50,661 bases of DNA from sequence record HM035024; one strand, 5' to 3'. Position numbers and translations under genes: made by a program. The notes under the pieces were generated by a model. It did no database searches. It was not told where the DNA came from and worked only from the letters and a program-made list of their open reading frames with translations. The stretch comes from Shigella phage Shfl1. This document shows, in pieces, positions 1 to 7,880 of the stretch (its first letter is position 1; every line of letters starts with the position of its first letter).

Positions 1-46
1 AGAGGGAGGATCTGGTGTTACCCGGTTCGCCTGGTAGTCATCTCCA

Positions 47-66
47 TTTTTAGCAAAAAGTGCTAT
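47..66 (-). promoter_or_regulatory. conserved promoter-associated motif (reverse orientation), directed out of the window
   Basis: Reverse complement reads ATAGCACTTTTTGCTAAAAA. Confidence 0.4.
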
Positions 67-170
67 CGATTACACTTTAACTTGTCACGACTGTAATATT
101 TGTCTAGAATCGCCATTGTGACAAAATTACACACTGTGACGCCTCTAAATATACATATAGATATATGTAT

Positions 171-187
171 CTATATAATATATATAG
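171..187. repeat. 17-bp AT-rich palindromic element CTATATAATATATATAG (copy 1)
   Basis: Identical 17-mer also at 31230-31246. Confidence 0.85.
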
Positions 188-469
188 TGTTTTTTTTATT
201 TATATATATAGATAATTATATTGTAACAGCTGTGTATAGCTGTCTTACATTGTCTAGCGTACTGTTGGCATATTTCTATCTGCATGTTTATATATACAGT
301 ACTTTTTTGGGAGCTATATATTTCTATAGTGACTCTATACAGCTAGACAAATGTTACACGGCTTAAAATTGGCTCTCAGGCGTTGACGTATCTGCATTGC
401 GCTGTCACAATGGCAATTGTTGACACGTTATGACACCATTTACACACGAATAGACAAAGAGGTTATATT

Positions 470-985
470 ATGAGCAATACCAATCAGGAATTAAAAATCA
501 CCGACATGATTCGCCTAACCTGCGACGCAATGTATCGCGACAAGGGCATGAGTGAGTTCTCTTTCGTGGCTGATGATATGGCCCTGGAAGGCGCGCGATT
601 CTATTTCCGCAATCAGGATGTAAGCGATAGCGATCTTGAGTCTGCCGCTGCCGGATGGGTGGACCAGAACCAGGGGGAGGTAGAGAAGCGATTCAAGTCT
701 GCTTTCATCACTCCGATCATTACCAGGCACTTCTGCAAGTATGGCAAGGTAGCAAAGGTGAAGGTAGGCCGAAATGACGCAGCAATCACAATGATAACGG
801 TTATCGTTACAGACGAAGAGGTTCCTGTGAAGAAGCGCCGCAGTCGGAAAAAAGTTAGCCTGGCCGACTGCCTGGATTCTTTTGACGTTGATGTTAGTAA
901 GCTGGGCGATAGTGAACTGATGGTTCGTGATGTAAATGAGATCGTGCGCCAGATGAAAGCGCATATCGAAAAGTGCGGACTGTGA
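470..985 (+). CDS. hypothetical early protein (171 aa)
   Basis: Intact ORF; AGAGG-type RBS upstream of ATG; first gene after the AT-rich leader region; no recognisable catalytic motif. Confidence 0.55.
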   Translation: MSNTNQELKITDMIRLTCDAMYRDKGMSEFSFVADDMALEGARFYFRNQDVSDSDLESAAAGWVDQNQGEVEKRFKSAFITPIITRHFCKYGKVAKVKVGRNDAAITMITVIVTDEEVPVKKRRSRKKVSLADCLDSFDVDVSKLGDSELMVRDVNEIVRQMKAHIEKCGL

Positions 986-999
986 GCACTGAAAGGTAA

Positions 1000-1019
1000 A
1001 TAGCACTTTTTGTTAAAAC
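1000..1019 (+). promoter_or_regulatory. conserved motif ATAGCACTTTTTGTTAAAAC with TATAGT 18 nt downstream
   Basis: Motif, then 18-nt spacer, then TGgTATAGT (1038-1043) inside inverted repeat GGGATAAC/GTTATCCC. Confidence 0.5.
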
Positions 1020-1074
1020 CGGATCGGGATAACCTGGTATAGTTATCCCATCAACAACGAATGAGGAAACGAAG

Positions 1075-1269
1075 ATGGAAACGCAAATTGACGTAGTGGT
1101 TGTTCAGCGAGACTCAACTCATGAAAAGGGTCTGTTCAAGAAAGGAACCGAAATCACGATCGACCTTGAAGATATGGTTGCGTATCACTCGGGTCTTACC
1201 TGGAACGTAGTGCGCGTTGGTAGCGACTACAAACTCAAAGGCTTTAACACTTACTTTGCAGAGGCTTAA
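1075..1269 (+). CDS. hypothetical protein (64 aa)
   Basis: ORF preceded by conserved motif, -10-like hexamer and GAGGAA RBS. Confidence 0.5.
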   Translation: METQIDVVVVQRDSTHEKGLFKKGTEITIDLEDMVAYHSGLTWNVVRVGSDYKLKGFNTYFAEA

Positions 1270-1271
1270 TC

Positions 1272-1739
1272 ATGACGACCATTACCGTATTTCTGGCCAA
1301 AGATGAACTGGACGACGAAATGTCATTCTTCGCGTTCGAGCATAAAACCGGATCGCACTGGCACACGTACACTCATTACACGGTCATCGCAATTGAGGCT
1401 TACGACGGCGATTTCACTGACAAGCTGAGTAATTTTATTGAAGCGGTTAAGGCCAGTGATGGTTGCGAGTGGAAAGAAGATCACGAAGTTATGCGAATGT
1501 ATGAGATGATCAATCCGGTTCGCCTTGAGTCTTTCGAGCTGGATTCGAATGTTGGTATCAAGGTGAGAAAGTCGGGTGAGTTATTGCCAGGGATGCGTGT
1601 GCTGACTGGTTACTCAGGGCGTAAGGTATGGCGCACTGTATCCAAGATTCGCCAGCGATCGGCAACATGCTACAGCGTATTCTTTGAAGATGGCTGGAAT
1701 ATGCTTTCAGGCAGTGAAGTGAAGTATCTCACCAAATAG
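1272..1739 (+). CDS. hypothetical protein (155 aa)
   Basis: ORF tightly packed 2 nt after previous stop; same strand as early gene train. Confidence 0.55.
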   Translation: MTTITVFLAKDELDDEMSFFAFEHKTGSHWHTYTHYTVIAIEAYDGDFTDKLSNFIEAVKASDGCEWKEDHEVMRMYEMINPVRLESFELDSNVGIKVRKSGELLPGMRVLTGYSGRKVWRTVSKIRQRSATCYSVFFEDGWNMLSGSEVKYLTK

Positions 1740-1755
1740 CACGAACTGTTAAAAC
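1736..1755 (+). promoter_or_regulatory. conserved motif ATAGCACGAACTGTTAAAAC with TATAGT 18 nt downstream
   Basis: TGcTATAGT at 1774-1779. Confidence 0.5.
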
Positions 1756-1821
1756 AGGATCTGGGTATCTTGCTATAGTTACCACATTGAAACGCTTCGG
1801 GGCAAACCCAAAAGAAGGAAG

Positions 1822-1904
1822 CGGCAAACGTAGACCGGAGCCGCGCAAACCTCGAAGCAAATTGACTTGGGAAAACCCATTAGGAAGGAAGGGGCAAACG
1901 TAGA
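1822..1904 (+). repeat. direct repeat GGCAAACGTAGACCGGAGCC (two copies) in a long 5' leader
   Basis: Copies at 1822-1841 and 1885-1904, each preceded by GAAGGAAG-like purine tract. Confidence 0.8.
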
Positions 1905-1957
1905 CCGGAGCCTCGGAACCCCAGGTTAAAAATGATGTACCAATCAGAGGAATCACC

Positions 1958-2188
1958 ATGTCAATCGTCAAGAACCAGCAAGCCATCGATTCAACCAATA
2001 ACAACCGCTTTGCCATTTTCATCACGTCTATAGGTCGACGCTTTGCAGTCAAGGCCGTACCGGGCGGGTACAAAACATACATGGAAGATAACGGAAAGTG
2101 GGTGTGGTGCGAAAACCTTGCAAACTTCCTGGTATGGAACGCAGACCTCCAGGGCTTTGACGATATCAGCACTTTAATTGAGGAATAA
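1958..2188 (+). CDS. hypothetical protein (76 aa)
   Basis: ORF preceded by conserved leader ACCAATCAGAGGAAT. Confidence 0.5.
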   Translation: MSIVKNQQAIDSTNNNRFAIFITSIGRRFAVKAVPGGYKTYMEDNGKWVWCENLANFLVWNADLQGFDDISTLIEE

Positions 2189-2194
2189 ATAATC

Positions 2195-2422
2195 ATGCCA
2201 CATTACAGCAGCCTAACCAAACTGACCCGAGTCAACGGGCACATGATCCCGGCAAAATCCACTCACTACGCAATGGGCGCAAAACACGGAGTCTATTTCA
2301 AGTGGCGCGGTCAATGGAACTTCACGGCTGTGAACAATTTCTATATGCGCGTTCCTGGCGATGACCCGCAATCGGTAGTAGAGAACTCAATCGGCGACAA
2401 CAAGATCGAGGTGCTGAAATGA
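2195..2422 (+). CDS. hypothetical protein (75 aa)
   Basis: ORF with GAGGAA RBS 10 nt upstream. Confidence 0.5.
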   Translation: MPHYSSLTKLTRVNGHMIPAKSTHYAMGAKHGVYFKWRGQWNFTAVNNFYMRVPGDDPQSVVENSIGDNKIEVLK

Positions 2423-2529
2423 ACTTCAATACAATTGCATTATGGTCTGCCGTCTGGTTCTTCTGCATGGGTCACGCCATTGTTAGGATCGTAATCATGT
2501 TACTACTGTGTGCCGGAGCGTTCGAATGA
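2419..2529 (+). CDS. putative 36-aa hydrophobic peptide (MNFNTIALWSAVWFFCMGHAIVRIVIMLLLCAGAFE)
   Basis: ATGA start/stop overlaps at both ends link it to flanking genes; not in the ORF track (below 60 aa); hand translated. Confidence 0.25.
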   Translation: MNFNTIALWSAVWFFCMGHAIVRIVIMLLLCAGAFE

Positions 2530-2699
2530 TGCGCATTCTGATTTGCATGATGGCGGCAGTCGCCATAACTATCCTGGCTGTATCCGGTTGTGTGGAGGTA
2601 AAAGAGCGATGCCACGAAACCGGGAACCAGGTTACTACGTTCGTGATGGTCGGCAACGTATTGCTACCAATCACATCAAATGAGATCACTTGCGAATAG
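2526..2699 (+). CDS. small putative lipoprotein (57 aa precursor)
   Basis: N-terminal hydrophobic signal followed by lipobox-like LAVSGC; GGAG 10 nt upstream of internal ATG at 2526 (track ORF 2508..2699 trimmed). Confidence 0.45.
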   Translation: MMRILICMMAAVAITILAVSGCVEVKERCHETGNQVTTFVMVGNVLLPITSNEITCE

Positions 2700-2708
2700 G
2701 ATTTAACA

Positions 2709-2900
2709 ATGTCTGATTTTATGCACCAAATGATTGCAGTATTCAAAGGCAGTGATGATGAGGAGGTTAAAGAGTGCTTTAACGTTGACAAGTCTTATAA
2801 CGCGTCACTAACCAGCTTTGGTAATATCTCATTGCTTGATGATAATGGCGATCCCTGGATATTCGACGAAGACACTGATTGCTTCGAGATTAAAGAATAG
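2709..2900 (+). CDS. hypothetical acidic protein (63 aa)
   Basis: ORF with AGGA RBS; Asp/Glu-rich. Confidence 0.45.
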   Translation: MSDFMHQMIAVFKGSDDEEVKECFNVDKSYNASLTSFGNISLLDDNGDPWIFDEDTDCFEIKE

Positions 2901-2916
2901 CACTTTTTGTTAAAAC
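2897..2916 (+). promoter_or_regulatory. conserved motif ATAGCACTTTTTGTTAAAAC with TATAGT 18 nt downstream
   Basis: TATAGT 2935-2940 inside inverted repeat GGGGTT/AACCCC. Confidence 0.5.
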
Positions 2917-2970
2917 TCAATATCGGGGTTGCGATATAGTAACCCCATCAACAACGAACGAGGATTTATC

Positions 2971-3177
2971 ATGAAACTGCGGTGCATTGAATCAAATCAA
3001 ATTAACTACTCAGAAGGCTTCGAATATGTCGCTCAAATCGATAGCTTTACAAACAAAAACGGAGAGGTTATTGATGTGGTTCATGGAGTGTATACGTGGT
3101 TCTACTTTGACAAGAAAGCGCTAACAGCAACTAAGCGCAATGGTGATGTGGTGGCTAAATTTAAACGTGAACAATGA
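2971..3177 (+). CDS. hypothetical protein (68 aa)
   Basis: Start trimmed to ATG at 2971, preceded by CGAGGA RBS and conserved CATCAACAACGAA leader. Confidence 0.5.
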   Translation: MKLRCIESNQINYSEGFEYVAQIDSFTNKNGEVIDVVHGVYTWFYFDKKALTATKRNGDVVAKFKREQ

Positions 3178-3187
3178 GGACGATAGC

Positions 3188-3676
3188 ATGAAAATTAAAT
3201 TACTGAGCAATGGCGGTTACAAAGGCTTTACTCGCGATCTGGAAGCTGACCCTATCGTGGTTGACGCGGTGAAGCGTGATGATAGCTTGGGCGGCTACCG
3301 CGTTAAGGTTGACGACCTGGTTAAAGCTGGAGTGTACGATCTTGACTATGGGCTTTCGGTTAGCCCTGTATTTGGTCCGGCTGACTTCAACGAGAAAGAC
3401 GGAACGATGTTCTTCTTCGAATGGGAAGTCCTGGCAAATCCTAGACCGCGCAAGGTTCGACTTCTCAACAATGGCGGCTACCCGATGCGACCAGGTTATG
3501 AGAACCGCACGTTCCCGGTTATCGTGGACTTTACCGAAATCACTAACAACTTGGTCTACGTCAGCAATGAGCATCTCCAGGCTGTAGGATTCACTGGCGG
3601 TATGCATAAAGAGAGTTTGTGCTTCGTTCGCGAAGAAATGCCCGGTTACTATTCTGAGTGCGAGTTGGTTTACTAA
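3188..3676 (+). CDS. hypothetical protein with internal duplication (162 aa)
   Basis: Start trimmed to ATG 3188 (GAGGA RBS); two NGGY-containing repeats (LLSNGGYKGF / LLNNGGYPMR). Confidence 0.6.
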   Translation: MKIKLLSNGGYKGFTRDLEADPIVVDAVKRDDSLGGYRVKVDDLVKAGVYDLDYGLSVSPVFGPADFNEKDGTMFFFEWEVLANPRPRKVRLLNNGGYPMRPGYENRTFPVIVDFTEITNNLVYVSNEHLQAVGFTGGMHKESLCFVREEMPGYYSECELVY

Positions 3677-3693
3677 GCACGAATTGTTAAAAG
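3674..3693 (+). promoter_or_regulatory. conserved motif variant TAAGCACGAATTGTTAAAAG with TATAAT 18 nt downstream
   Basis: TGgTATAAT 3712-3717 inside inverted repeat GGGGATT/AATCCCC. Confidence 0.5.
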
Positions 3694-3747
3694 GGGATTC
3701 TGCCTGATTGGTATAATCCCCACATCAACCACTAAGAGGAAATCGAT

Positions 3748-4233
3748 ATGTTGAAATTAAACGAGATTAAATTCCCTGTAGTTTTTAACACTATTAGCTG
3801 CGGAAAAATAACCTGCCATAACAAAGATCGTGCAACAGATTCGTCATTCAATGAGTGTCATCCGTCTATTGTTGGCAATCTCATTGAACTTCATAACAAT
3901 CACAACCCCGATAACATCCCATCTCTTCCATATTATGTTGAGTATGCTGGTCCTGGTTGGAAGGCTGGTCGAGCAATCTTTCACTCGTCAAAGCCAGAAA
4001 TCAAGCTATCGCTACAGCGCACTCAGATCGAGAACATGCCATTGAGCGCAACGCTAAAAGGTATCCAGCTTGATAGCGAATCCTGGCTTGAAATCACCGC
4101 TACACCGAAAACTATTGAGGTACACGATGATGTGGTGATTCTCCTGTTGCATTACGGCGGCTTTAAGCACAAGACTGTATCAGGTGAAATAAGCATTAAG
4201 CGCGGAACGCTTGTACGCTACGAGGTGAAATAA
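3748..4233 (+). CDS. hypothetical protein (161 aa)
   Basis: ORF preceded by motif, TATAAT and AAGAGGAAA RBS. Confidence 0.6.
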   Translation: MLKLNEIKFPVVFNTISCGKITCHNKDRATDSSFNECHPSIVGNLIELHNNHNPDNIPSLPYYVEYAGPGWKAGRAIFHSSKPEIKLSLQRTQIENMPLSATLKGIQLDSESWLEITATPKTIEVHDDVVILLLHYGGFKHKTVSGEISIKRGTLVRYEVK

Positions 4234-4296
4234 TGAGCAACTGGTATAACGAACATGTAATGCAGTTTTACCGCAATCGCATCAAGAAAATTTTGA

Positions 4297-4316
4297 ACAG
4301 CACGAATTGCTAAACC
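4297..4316 (+). promoter_or_regulatory. conserved motif variant ACAGCACGAATTGCTAAACC with TATAGT 18 nt downstream
   Basis: TGaTATAGT 4335-4340 inside inverted repeat AAGGCCA/TGGCCTT. Confidence 0.5.
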
Positions 4317-4380
4317 TTCCGCAAGGCCATTTGATATAGTGGCCTTATTGAAGCACGGCAACCAATCAGAGGAATTAGCT

Positions 4381-4587
4381 ATGGCTACACGACTCACTCA
4401 GTGGCAGATTTACGACAAGGCATCACGCCTACGCGAATCACTTCGCGGATTGACAGCAAACGACAGAATGGAGATTATCGGGCACGCTTTGCACGAACTC
4501 ACGCCTCAGGACGTAACCTATCATTCATGCGGCAATAAATTCTGGAACGTAACATTCGAGGTAAAGAAAGATGAGCAAAACTCATAA
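4381..4587 (+). CDS. hypothetical protein (68 aa)
   Basis: Start trimmed to ATG 4381 after conserved leader CAACCAATCAGAGGAAT. Confidence 0.5.
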   Translation: MATRLTQWQIYDKASRLRESLRGLTANDRMEIIGHALHELTPQDVTYHSCGNKFWNVTFEVKKDEQNS

Positions 4588-4858
4588 GTTAAAAATTGCC
4601 CCGATCCATTTCATCGGTGTAATGAACGGCACAAAAACGGCAGAGTTCCGCATTAATGACCGCAACTTCCAGCCTGGCGATATCCTGGAGCTATGCGAGT
4701 TCGATCGGGGTGAGTTTACCAGGTGGGAAGTACATGCCAGGGTATCCGATGTTACAGACGTGACGCCATACATCAATAGCGGGTATGACGAGCAAGAATG
4801 CGACTTCACGCAATACGTGATGTTATCAATAAAACCTTACAGAAAGGTTAGACCATGA
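4571..4858 (+). CDS. ASCH-like (DUF3850-type) domain protein
   Basis: N-terminal pattern K-x-H-x-LKI-x-P-x-HF-x-GV-x-NG-x-KT-x-EFR-x-NDR-x-F-x-PGD matches the ASCH/DUF3850 signature from memory. Confidence 0.4.
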   Translation: MSKTHKLKIAPIHFIGVMNGTKTAEFRINDRNFQPGDILELCEFDRGEFTRWEVHARVSDVTDVTPYINSGYDEQECDFTQYVMLSIKPYRKVRP

Positions 4859-5493
4859 AATTTGAGTGCGTATCAAGTAGCGGATCTGGTTTCAAGTGGG
4901 GTAAGGTCTACGAAGGCGCTCGCGTCAATGACAATAGATTCGTCATCACGGATGAGCGCGGTAGAAATGTTAACGTTGTCCGGCGTCACGAATACCAGGA
5001 AATACTCCTTCCGTATGGCGGTAGCTCAAAATATATCTTCCATCGAATCGTGGATGGTGTTAAATTTAAAGACGTAATCGAAGCAATCAACCAACTGCAT
5101 AATAAAGAGGTCAAATTTATGAAATTCGAATGTATCAGTGATAACACCAAAAAATTTACCGTTGGCAAAATCTACGATGTGCCTACTGAGCACGCAAAGC
5201 ACACTGTAGCACTGACCGACGACACGGGCCGCCACCGCATTGCAACCGTAACGCACAACGGTGAAGGTCTTCGCTGGAATAGCGGCGGCACTAAATTCGC
5301 AACGTTCGGCAAGAAGCGCAAGCGTACTTTCTGCGTCAATGGCAAGGTTACAGCGAACAAGATCCACAACGTCAAGCCGTCAGAAGTTTACCGTAAGCCA
5401 GCGACGAAGTTTGAAGAGAAGGCAGATTTGTCTGGTCTGGCTATCGCTCTTGTTCTCCTTGTTGCTTCGATTTCGCTGCTGTTCATCATGTAA
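4855..5493 (+). CDS. membrane-anchored protein with tandem repeated domain (212 aa)
   Basis: Two copies of a KFEC(V/I)S...GK(V/I)Y module; C-terminal hydrophobic helix LSGLAIALVLLVASISLLFIM. Confidence 0.55.
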   Translation: MKFECVSSSGSGFKWGKVYEGARVNDNRFVITDERGRNVNVVRRHEYQEILLPYGGSSKYIFHRIVDGVKFKDVIEAINQLHNKEVKFMKFECISDNTKKFTVGKIYDVPTEHAKHTVALTDDTGRHRIATVTHNGEGLRWNSGGTKFATFGKKRKRTFCVNGKVTANKIHNVKPSEVYRKPATKFEEKADLSGLAIALVLLVASISLLFIM

Positions 5494-5500
5494 TGCTAAT

Positions 5501-5534
5501 GGGGAATCGGCTCTGAACGGTTCCCCTTTCTTTT
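5501..5534 (+). terminator. intrinsic terminator
   Basis: Hairpin GGGGAATCGG...CGGTTCCCC followed by TTTCTTTT. Confidence 0.5.
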
Positions 5535-5641
5535 GGAGAAAACACTATGCCAGACTTTTCTAACTGGAATAACGAGCCGCCATCATTTCAGGAGTTGCTA
5601 TTTTGCCTCCTGATCCTAACATTATCTCTTAAGGGTGTTTT

Positions 5642-5860
5642 ATGGCTACTATCATGACAGCAGAAGATGCAGCACACGATGCAGTGGAAGGGATGCGCCC
5701 AAATAGCTCCAGAATCGCCCACTACTACAAATCTGATGTGTCGGCAGTGCAATTGGTCCATGAAATTTTAAGGCTCCCACAAGTCGATTCAGCGCGCGTG
5801 GTGACGTGCTTAAAAAATTATTTTTGCATCACTATTAAAACGAATAGCACGAATTGCTAA
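5642..5860 (+). CDS. hypothetical protein (72 aa), doubtful
   Basis: ORF only; its 3' end runs through the conserved promoter motif at 5844. Confidence 0.25.
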   Translation: MATIMTAEDAAHDAVEGMRPNSSRIAHYYKSDVSAVQLVHEILRLPQVDSARVVTCLKNYFCITIKTNSTNC

Positions 5861-5863
5861 AAC
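5844..5863 (+). promoter_or_regulatory. conserved motif ATAGCACGAATTGCTAAAAC with TATGAT 18 nt downstream
   Basis: TATGAT 5882-5887 inside inverted repeat AGGGGAAT/ATTCCCCT. Confidence 0.5.
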
Positions 5864-5917
5864 CTATCAAGGGGAATGCGCTATGATTCCCCTACACCAA
5901 CAAACGAGGAATCACCA

Positions 5918-6364
5918 ATGAAACACTTAATTTGCATTGAAACGCCTAACGATGAATACACTCTTCACGGCATAGGAATGTTCAAAGGTCACTACATGAC
6001 AGCAAGTATTCATGATGCGCGTCTTTGCGATGGCGATCTGATGATTACGTCAAAAGAAGTAAATCCGTACATTATGCAGAATCTTGGCAATAACGAATAT
6101 ATGGCCTACGGCTGCAACGCCGTGTACAAGCATATCAAGATCCGCAAGCGTGTCGTGCGTGCATTCAAGAAGATTGCAATGAAATACTGGAAGATGAGCA
6201 AGAAGGACGCCGGACGCTGGGCGCGCAATGTTGCTGACTCGTACTTCTATCGTAACGGTGAGTCCTGCTACTTCCTGATCGATGAAATTATGGAAAACTA
6301 CGGTGGCGACTTCAGTCAGTGTAACTTTGACGATTGGGCTGACTATGAGATCAGTTGTTGGTGA
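5918..6364 (+). CDS. hypothetical protein (148 aa)
   Basis: Start trimmed to ATG 5918 after ACGAGGAA RBS and conserved leader. Confidence 0.55.
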   Translation: MKHLICIETPNDEYTLHGIGMFKGHYMTASIHDARLCDGDLMITSKEVNPYIMQNLGNNEYMAYGCNAVYKHIKIRKRVVRAFKKIAMKYWKMSKKDAGRWARNVADSYFYRNGESCYFLIDEIMENYGGDFSQCNFDDWADYEISCW

Positions 6365-6383
6365 TAGCACGAATTGCTAAAAC
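6364..6383 (+). promoter_or_regulatory. conserved motif ATAGCACGAATTGCTAAAAC with TAGAAT 18 nt downstream
   Basis: TGtTAGAAT 6402-6407 inside inverted repeat AAGGGCATT/AATGCCCTT. Confidence 0.5.
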
Positions 6384-6446
6384 TTGCTCAAGGGCATTTG
6401 TTAGAATGCCCTTCGTTGAGTTAAGCAACCAATCAGAGGAATCAAT

Positions 6447-6650
6447 ATGAAAACTATTACCGGAATGAGCAACGAAACGAGAACGCAGATCGTTAACATG
6501 CTAATCGGGATGGCTGACGATATTCAGAATAGCCATGTCGTTATTGATTCATGCAATCAGACTCGTGAGAGTAAATTTGAATCATCCGGCTACAAAATTG
6601 TTGAAGAAGAATTAACCATCAAAATCATTCGCGTACAGGAGAAAGCATAA
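6447..6650 (+). CDS. hypothetical protein (67 aa)
   Basis: ORF preceded by CAACCAATCAGAGGAAT leader. Confidence 0.5.
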   Translation: MKTITGMSNETRTQIVNMLIGMADDIQNSHVVIDSCNQTRESKFESSGYKIVEEELTIKIIRVQEKA

Positions 6651-7183
6651 TGGATAAAATCACAATTTGGGGTCAGACAATCAACCTGTTTCTCGGCACT
6701 TGCCGCGTGGCAATCTTTGACTTCGACGGAACACTGAGTGACGGCTCAAAACGTCTTCACCTGCTACCGACGAAAGATTTGCACTTGACGGAAAGCTGGT
6801 CTGAGTTTAACAGGGCGGCAATATTTGATAACCCAATCCATAGTACGATTGAAGTGATGAACTCTATGCATGCCTCTGGTCATTATGTGATCATTTTAAC
6901 TGGGCGAAGTGATGAGGTGCGTTACGAATCTGAGTTATGGCTTAAGCATCACGGCGCTCGATATGATTACTTAGTCATGAGGCCGCATACCGACAACCGC
7001 AAAGACACGGTAATGAAAGAAGAGGCTGTGCGCGCGATCGGCATTGATAACATTCTGGCGGCTTGGGATGACTCACCGCAAATTATTCCATTATTCCGTT
7101 CGCTTGGAATAACTACGTATGCTGTAGTTGACTATGGCGATAACGTTCACGATCATTTAAAATATCACGGGGTGGATGAATGA
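6650..7183 (+). CDS. HAD-superfamily phosphatase (polynucleotide 3'-phosphatase-like)
   Basis: HAD motif I FDFDGTLSDG (DxDGT); later motifs IILTGRS and AAWDDSP; resembles the T4 Pnk phosphatase domain. Confidence 0.6.
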   Translation: MDKITIWGQTINLFLGTCRVAIFDFDGTLSDGSKRLHLLPTKDLHLTESWSEFNRAAIFDNPIHSTIEVMNSMHASGHYVIILTGRSDEVRYESELWLKHHGARYDYLVMRPHTDNRKDTVMKEEAVRAIGIDNILAAWDDSPQIIPLFRSLGITTYAVVDYGDNVHDHLKYHGVDE

Positions 7184-7290
7184 ACCTATACGAATTTATT
7201 GCAGCGCATCCGGTATTGACGGTTATCATCCTGTTAATCATCAATCACACTATCATCAATGTGGCAAAATTATTTTTAGGGAGATGCTAA
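7180..7290 (+). CDS. putative 36-aa hydrophobic peptide (MNLYEFIAAHPVLTVIILLIINHTIINVAKLFLGRC)
   Basis: ATGA overlap with upstream stop; hand translated; below ORF-track size cutoff. Confidence 0.25.
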   Translation: MNLYEFIAAHPVLTVIILLIINHTIINVAKLFLGRC

Positions 7291-7291
7291 C

Positions 7292-7864
7292 ATGAAAACA
7301 GCTATCATTTTAAACGGCGCACCTGGATCTGGAAAAGACACTATCGGATGTATCCTGGCTGACACTTACGATCACGTAGCCTTGCGCAGCTTCAAAGCGC
7401 CAATGTTTGAGATTGCCCGGGCAATCCTGGGTGAAGCTAACTACGAGTATTTCATGTTCTTATATGAGGACCGTCGATATAAAGAAGAGCCAGCATCAAT
7501 CCTGAACGGTAAAAGCCCACGCCAGTTTATGATCTGGATTAGCGAGGAAGTCATCAAGCCGCAGTTCGGAAATCGCTTCTTCGGTATGCGAGCGGAAAGC
7601 AAAGTGAAAGAGTCGCACTCCCTTTCGGTATTTACTGACGGTGGATTCAAAGACGAAATCTTGCAGATGATTGAAGGTGATATCCAGGTCAAGCTATGTC
7701 GAATACATCGCAACGGCTGCAACTTCGATAATGACAGTCGAGACTATATCTACCTGGATGATATGATCGGTGTCAACGGTTATCAAGAATGTGACTTCTT
7801 CTCTGTCGAAGGTCATCCAGAAATTACCGCTCATCACATAGCCGCCACATTCATCAATAAATAG
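7292..7864 (+). CDS. P-loop nucleotide kinase (dNMP-kinase-like or polynucleotide-kinase-like)
   Basis: N-terminal Walker A ILNGAPGSGKDT, as in T4 gp1 dNMP kinase and Pnk kinase domains. Confidence 0.55.
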   Translation: MKTAIILNGAPGSGKDTIGCILADTYDHVALRSFKAPMFEIARAILGEANYEYFMFLYEDRRYKEEPASILNGKSPRQFMIWISEEVIKPQFGNRFFGMRAESKVKESHSLSVFTDGGFKDEILQMIEGDIQVKLCRIHRNGCNFDNDSRDYIYLDDMIGVNGYQECDFFSVEGHPEITAHHIAATFINK

Positions 7865-7880
7865 CACGAATTGCTAAAGC
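7861..7880 (+). promoter_or_regulatory. conserved motif ATAGCACGAATTGCTAAAGC with TATAGT 18 nt downstream
   Basis: TGaTATAGT 7899-7904. Confidence 0.5.

Noticed and set aside
100-366. 88-aa ORF in the six-frame track
   Set aside because: It lies entirely within alternating AT repeats and encodes low-complexity Ile/Tyr/Phe; no RBS; treated as non-coding regulatory DNA.
3200-3607. Minus-strand 135-aa ORF and plus-strand 103-aa ORF (3276..3587) overlapping gene 3188..3676
   Set aside because: The early region is transcribed uniformly on the plus strand and the overlapping frames lack RBS; the longer in-frame ORF with RBS was preferred.
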